This document shows, one piece after another, positions 41,153-45,512 of a DNA stretch of 45,512 nt. A program made the position numbers and the translations under genes. Where the stretch lies: IMG/VR virus record IMGVR_UViG_3300048837_001975; one strand, given 5' to 3'. A model generated the notes under the pieces. It was not told the origin of the DNA. It searched no databases and saw nothing but the letters and a program-made list of their open reading frames with translations. The stretch comes from a virus. Within the stretch, counting starts at the first letter, position 1. Each line of letters opens with the position of its first letter.

Positions 41153-41716
41153 CTATTCTGAAGCTTCCACTTTATTGCTGATGGGATTGTACTTCACCTT
41201 AGCCTTGAAATACCCGCTCTCCAGCTTACGGTAGTAGGCACGGCGAATGCGGAGAATGTTGTAGTTGAATTCCTCAAGATCGTATTTTTCAAAAAATTCA
41301 ATTATTGCGGAATCTAAACTGCCGTCACCCTCGGCTTGATGGCGCGCGTGGATGAAAAACATACTGGCAGTTTCAAATTCTTCCTCTAAATATTCATTGA
41401 TTAGCTTCTGGGCGCCGTCCGGAAGAAACAAAAAACCATTGCGCCCGTCTTCATATTTATAGGAAGTGCGCATAAATGCTTCAATTACTGGCACTTCCTG
41501 TACCATTAAAAAAGTTTGTAAGGAATTGTCATATAGGACTTTTTTTTGTGATTTCTCTAACAAAATCCTGATCCATCGCCCTAAGGAAGTTTTATTGGTA
41601 ACCTTTGCCGCTTTAACTGGCTTGCCCTCATAGGTGCAATCCACACACTTCAGTTTCTTGAATAGAAACGGAACCAGGTGCGGTTTTATATGTATGGGAA
41701 TTAAGGTTTGGGGCAT
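41153..41716 (-). CDS. Hypothetical protein (187 aa)
   Basis: ATG ORF that is operon-consistent. Confidence 0.55.
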   Translation of the reverse strand: MPQTLIPIHIKPHLVPFLFKKLKCVDCTYEGKPVKAAKVTNKTSLGRWIRILLEKSQKKVLYDNSLQTFLMVQEVPVIEAFMRTSYKYEDGRNGFLFLPDGAQKLINEYLEEEFETASMFFIHARHQAEGDGSLDSAIIEFFEKYDLEEFNYNILRIRRAYYRKLESGYFKAKVKYNPISNKVEASE

Positions 41717-41722
41717 TGGTTT

Positions 41723-42196
41723 TTATTCTATTTCAAATTCAAAATTCTCTTTAAGAGGCAAACCCTCGCAGGTAATTACATTCTTTATCCAGTCTATTGC
41801 TAATTGCTTAAATGGCGTATCTGCCAATGTCAATCCAGTCCAGATACTTTCAAGATTAAAATATTGAATAGCACGTTGATAGTCTGGCTGCCCCCATTCC
41901 TTTATCCTTTCTTCATCATACGTTCCGCCACGGGTAAGGAATGCCAAAATTTCTTCCTCTTCATCATTTTCATTTAGAATGGTGGTGGGAATGTATGTTT
42001 GGTCAAAAACCTTTTGGTAGCTTTCAATTTCCACCACATTGCCCTCCAGCTCATACGCAAACTGAAACTTTGCAATAAGCATAGGCTTATGTGGAATAGG
42101 CTCTGCCGAACGTGCAACTATATAAGGCGAAGGAAAAAAGCCTCGGTCTGCCCGTGGGCTTTTGTAGTTTTCGGTTTTTGATGTGAATTTTATCAT
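41723..42196 (-). CDS. Hypothetical protein (157 aa)
   Basis: ATG ORF that is operon-consistent. Confidence 0.55.
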   Translation of the reverse strand: MIKFTSKTENYKSPRADRGFFPSPYIVARSAEPIPHKPMLIAKFQFAYELEGNVVEIESYQKVFDQTYIPTTILNENDEEEEILAFLTRGGTYDEERIKEWGQPDYQRAIQYFNLESIWTGLTLADTPFKQLAIDWIKNVITCEGLPLKENFEFEIE

Positions 42197-42206
42197 AGCT
42201 TTTTCT

Positions 42207-43073
42207 TTATGAAATTCCGTAATAGGTTTTAATATTATTAAGAACTGTTGTTTGGTCTGTTGGGCTTAATGCTGTGTTATTTATTAGTAGCTCAGCAATC
42301 TTTCCACCGAAGTAAAGATTTCCGTTCAACTGCCTACCTATTGAAATATAGGTGTTTAATGAAAAAGTATCTGCACTTGTAATACTTCCTATCAAGGTGT
42401 TTGTTTCATCATAAAAGCTCACGGTTGTACCAATCTTTTTTAAAATAAAAACACGCTTTGTTGAAGCTGGCTGTGCGGAAGAAAAATTGATTAGATTGGT
42501 AGTGCCATCAGGACTATAATTTACTGCATAATGTGGAGCGCTGGCATCGGTATCAGTATACAAAACAACTCTTTCGGCATCAAGGCCACTAGTTGTTTCT
42601 CTTTCCTCGAAAATACCTTTTGCCGTTGCTCCTGATTGGCTTTCAAAAACAAGAAAAACGGTACAGTCTTTATCTGTTATTGGGGTACCTGTGGATGAAA
42701 AAAGATAGTCATTAGAACCATCAAATTGAGAATATACTTTTCCATTTACTTTAATAACAGTACCCGCATCAACTATTTTAGGCTCATTCGATAATCCCAA
42801 CCTAGACATATTTAAACTCCCTATCTGGTCATAAACCGTACTTACATATGCATTTCCTCCAAGTGAAACACCAACCATTGTAGATTCGTTTATTTCGTTA
42901 TTCGCAAACCCTATGGGAAATGTAGTTGAAGTTCCTATTCTTAAAAGAATTGCATTACCCGTGTATGCACTTCTAAGTTTACGGGAAAAGGAATAGGCGT
43001 GCGTAAATCCTACAACTAAATCTGTTATCAGATCTTCCTCAATCAATCTCCTCATTTCATCAAAATCACCCAT
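42207..43073 (-). CDS. Fibre/receptor-binding-like protein with a possible LamG/concanavalin-like domain (288 aa from MGDFDE)
   Basis: The pattern FDGSNDYLFSS ... TVFLVFE ... GRQLNGNLYFGGKIAELLI resembles LamG-type jelly rolls. The ATG at 43073 lies 2 nt after the upstream stop. Confidence 0.5.
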   Translation of the reverse strand: MGDFDEMRRLIEEDLITDLVVGFTHAYSFSRKLRSAYTGNAILLRIGTSTTFPIGFANNEINESTMVGVSLGGNAYVSTVYDQIGSLNMSRLGLSNEPKIVDAGTVIKVNGKVYSQFDGSNDYLFSSTGTPITDKDCTVFLVFESQSGATAKGIFEERETTSGLDAERVVLYTDTDASAPHYAVNYSPDGTTNLINFSSAQPASTKRVFILKKIGTTVSFYDETNTLIGSITSADTFSLNTYISIGRQLNGNLYFGGKIAELLINNTALSPTDQTTVLNNIKTYYGIS

Positions 43074-43075
43074 CC

Positions 43076-44122
43076 TTACAGCTTTAAAAAGTAATATTGA
43101 ACAATTCCTGTTTGGCGGCACTTCACTTTCAGGTGCATATTTGTCGATGCCTGAAAAGTGTGTCCGGGTATTTTGGTTGCTCCCGTAACTGTTGGCTCGG
43201 TGCTACGGTTAATCAAAACAGTTGCTTCGCCACCGGGCTTAATATTGGTGAGCGTAAAAGCTGAATTGCTGTTTGCGGATAGCATATTGCATTCGTTACC
43301 GAAAATCCAACCTAAATTTATTGTGGTTCCGGTATTAGCCGTTACCTTAGGTTCAAAAGTGACTGTTGGCGGCGTTGGGTCTGCTCCAGAACCATCTGCC
43401 GGAAACAACCTAAAATCTCCAGCTGTAACAGCCGGAAAGCTTGAACCTACATTTTCCTGTTCCCCCTCATATAACCAAGCTTTTTCAACTCCATCTTGTG
43501 TGGCCGTAAAAACAATGGTAGCCGTATTGGGGGTGCTGCGGTCCGTGCCCAAACTTACTGCGCCGTGAATGGTATTGCTGCCTATGTTTCCCAGTGCAAA
43601 CTCCTGTGGCGCAAAATTTCGGGTATCTATGGGCGGTAGTGGCACAAGGTCTGAAACCGCTATTTCTGTTCCTCCAACGCCTAAAGAGGCAACACCACCG
43701 GAGAGCGGAATTTTTTTCCGTAGGTAAAAATATTCTGTTATAACTGCGTACTGCGGCCCACCGGGAGTAGATGAAATGCCCGTGCCATTGGTCAAAACCA
43801 TCCTGTTAGTATATAACCATTGTGTATATCCATCTGCCAATGGATAATTAGCACCAGCGTTTATTGCGTTTTTTACTTTCTCTGCAGTAGTGCCTGCAGC
43901 GCTATGATCAACGATAACCGGTTTAAGTTTTAAAGGCACATTCCCGGTGTACCCTCCAGTAACAATATTATTGTTTAAGTACTCCAGCGCCTGAACTATT
44001 TTATTGATTTCATCTGCTGTAAGCTTTAGCGATGGATCTATATACTGAAGAATAGCAAGTTTGTCCCAACTGTCTATTTTGGGAGGTATATCTAACGGAA
44101 ATGGGTTAACGGGTCCAGGCAT
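43076..44122 (-). CDS. Fibre-like structural protein (348 aa), Gly/Thr/Pro-rich
   Basis: Composition and position next to the LamG-like protein. No family recognised. Confidence 0.5.
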   Translation of the reverse strand: MPGPVNPFPLDIPPKIDSWDKLAILQYIDPSLKLTADEINKIVQALEYLNNNIVTGGYTGNVPLKLKPVIVDHSAAGTTAEKVKNAINAGANYPLADGYTQWLYTNRMVLTNGTGISSTPGGPQYAVITEYFYLRKKIPLSGGVASLGVGGTEIAVSDLVPLPPIDTRNFAPQEFALGNIGSNTIHGAVSLGTDRSTPNTATIVFTATQDGVEKAWLYEGEQENVGSSFPAVTAGDFRLFPADGSGADPTPPTVTFEPKVTANTGTTINLGWIFGNECNMLSANSNSAFTLTNIKPGGEATVLINRSTEPTVTGATKIPGHTFQASTNMHLKVKCRQTGIVQYYFLKL

Positions 44123-44125
44123 TTT

Positions 44126-44626
44126 TTAAAAATTAAAAAAGTTAATCGGTATATCTTCACCCAATAAATGATCTGCAGCGCCATTGGTAAGACCGATGGG
44201 AAATATAGAAGATGACTTATAGGACACTTCTACTATATTAGGCGTATTCTTGATATCTACACTGATGGGCGCATTTTGGAAATAATCATTTCTCCCGAAA
44301 AAGAAAACCAGGCCTTCGCTCATTTTAACGTAGATAAATTTCACTTTACAATATTCCTGGATGCGGGCACTCTGCAGCAGATCTCCATTTGGGAAACGCA
44401 GCTTGAGTGTCTGTTCCCATAAAAAACCAGCTTTAGTTGTTTTGCCTTCTTGGGCCAAGGCTACAGAGCTTTTCCCAAAATGTACAGCTTTGGCCGCGGT
44501 AGTTTCTACATACGTATTAGCAAACGGCTGGAGGCTGCCAAATGGAGCTGGTTTGATAACAGCAGATGTAGCAAGCTGAATCTCGCAGACATTTTGAATA
44601 AGTGTGGGCTTTTGTAGCAGATCCAT
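44126..44626 (-). CDS. Hypothetical structural protein (166 aa); first gene of the long leftward operon
   Basis: ATG ORF directly downstream of the TGTAACC array and operator-like sites. Confidence 0.55.
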   Translation of the reverse strand: MDLLQKPTLIQNVCEIQLATSAVIKPAPFGSLQPFANTYVETTAAKAVHFGKSSVALAQEGKTTKAGFLWEQTLKLRFPNGDLLQSARIQEYCKVKFIYVKMSEGLVFFFGRNDYFQNAPISVDIKNTPNIVEVSYKSSSIFPIGLTNGAADHLLGEDIPINFFNF

Positions 44627-44726
44627 TACTGGTAGGTTTGGGTAAAGATATAAAAAATGTCCTATGTGTCAATGACAATATAATGATTGTCTTAATTGAC
44701 ATAACTGCAAAAAACCCGAAAAATTC

Positions 44727-45040
44727 TGTAACTCTGTAACCAAAGCTGAAAAAGGTAGTGTTTATGGGCTTTTTTTGGTTACAAGAGATTTGTAACCGAG
44801 AAGGAAAAGGAATTTTCAATTTTGTAACCACTAGTAGTAGTTACAGTTTTTTTGTAACCTTAGTTACAATTCAATTATAATTCTGTAACCTTAAACTATT
44901 AGTGTTTTCGGTATTTGTCGTGATTGGTTACAAAGTTACAGTTTTTTTTGACCTTTGAATGAATGGGGTAAAAGGGGAAAACAAAAGGATCCTACACGGG
45001 GGTGCGAGCTGCGTTTTTTAGTACTTTTGGTACTGTAACC
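44727..45040. repeat. Array of 12 TGTAAC(C)/(G)GTTACA heptamers in both orientations
   Basis: Forward copies at 44727, 44735, 44791, 44823, 44853, 44884, 45034. Reverse copies at 44777, 44840, 44863, 44926, 44935. Includes the perfect inverted repeat GGTTACAA-N5-TTGTAACC (44777-44797). Confidence 0.85.
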
Positions 45041-45056
45041 TAATACCTATCACGAA

Positions 45057-45242
45057 ATGGACTATATAGACTTAGAAGATGGCCAGCCGGAAGAAGAGGC
45101 TGTGTACAATGTAAAGATTAAAGAAATGTCTTCAGGAGAAAACAGGAAGGCAAAAGCGCAATGGGTGAGGGGAACCGGCTTTGTTTTGGTAGATGGCCAG
45201 CTGGGTGATGAAGAGTATATTTTTGCCTGGAATAATTTTTAG
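45057..45242 (+). CDS. Small acidic hypothetical protein (61 aa); lone plus-strand gene divergent from the late operon
   Basis: ATG ORF followed by a clear terminator. Confidence 0.5.
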   Translation: MDYIDLEDGQPEEEAVYNVKIKEMSSGENRKAKAQWVRGTGFVLVDGQLGDEEYIFAWNNF

Positions 45243-45296
45243 ATTGAAACGTTCTACCGCTTCTCTGCACTAAATCCAGCGCTTATATGAAAATAA

Positions 45297-45330
45297 AAAA
45301 TCCCTGCCGGGAAATATTGCAGGGATTTTG
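45297..45330 (+). terminator. Rho-independent terminator
   Basis: AATCCCTGC-loop-GCAGGGATT followed by TT(T)G. Confidence 0.7.
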
Positions 45331-45340
45331 GGAAATAAAA

Positions 45341-45393
45341 TTGATAACAGTTGCTATAAGCCATTGAAACGGCTCATAGCTTGGTGTTATCAA
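45341..45393. terminator. Long imperfect hairpin between convergent genes (45057-45242 and the circular copy of 9-413)
   Basis: TTGATAACA ... TGTTATCAA outer arms and GCTATAAGCC ... GGCTCATAGC inner arms. It spans the start of the terminal repeat. Confidence 0.5.
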
Positions 45394-45512
45394 TTAAGGT
45401 TCCTTCCGCTCTTCAAGAACAAGCAGCCTATCATATTCTGCAGCGAGCATAGCTCCAGCAATTTCCAAACGTTTCTTGAAAGGTTTTTTACATAGTCTAT
45501 AAAACCATTCTT
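45386..45512. repeat. Terminal direct repeat, right copy (identical to 1-127)
   Basis: Base-by-base identity with 1-127. Confidence 0.95.

Noticed and set aside
44517-44831. 104-aa minus-strand ORF from the track
   Set aside because: It runs through the TGTAACC repeat array and overlaps the 5-prime end of the 44126-44626 gene. Its composition is repeat-driven, so it is judged spurious.
44727-45040. CRISPR array
   Set aside because: The repeats are only 6-7 bp, occur in both orientations with irregular short spacing, and there are no cas genes. They are interpreted as protein-binding sites.
1-45512. Reverse transcriptase-based elements (DGR, retron), transposases or IS elements, cas genes, rRNA genes
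   Set aside because: None of the translated ORFs shows RT (YxDD), DDE/HUH transposase or Cas signatures. No IS-like terminal inverted repeats were seen. The only mobility gene is the tyrosine integrase.

Overview
The first 127 bp (1-127) are identical to the last 127 bp (45386-45512), so the window is one closed unit of about 45,385 bp. I read it as a complete temperate tailed-phage (Caudoviricetes) genome, circular or terminally redundant. The host is probably Bacteroidota/Flavobacteriia-like: the DNA is AT-rich, start codons lack Shine-Dalgarno signals, many gene junctions are ATGA overlaps, and the tyrosine integrase is Bacteroidetes-style. This host call is inference.

Nearly all genes are on the minus strand:
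- 9-9194: early and replication genes. These include a DnaG-like primase fused to a P-loop helicase, a ParB/Srx-like protein, a DUF3850/ASCH protein, a LuxR-type regulator and a Cro-position HTH protein.
- 9195-10955 (+): lysogeny switch, with an XRE repressor, an attP carrying a tRNA 3-prime-end-like core, and the integrase.
- 10944-25961: tail genes (1274-aa tape measure, chaperone pair) and a putative portal.
- 29618-44626: TerL, a TerS-like protein, an S49 prohead protease, a capsid candidate, a lysis cassette with an amidase endolysin, and fibre-like proteins.

The strongest candidates for new biology are:
1. A plus-strand accessory island (25962-29617) that separates portal from terminase. 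It carries an ArdC-N-like ssDNA binder, a truncated HsdM-like protein with a degenerate motif IV, and three unrecognisable ORFs.
2. A trio wedged between capsid and packaging genes: DUF2829 (Tad2-like), a single-HKD PLD-family nuclease and a DUF3307 membrane protein.
3. An ORF-poor, highly structured island of about 280 nt (7605-7884) that contains a tRNA-like cloverleaf with a perfect T-arm.
4. Dense regulatory repeat systems: 12 copies of TGTAAC(C) in 314 bp, GTGTTGAAAC iterons beside the primase gene, GCAATTGC palindromes and TGTGACA boxes at module boundaries, and TGTC-N6-GACA operators shared by the switch and the late operon.

All family calls come from motif recognition by eye; no database search was run.
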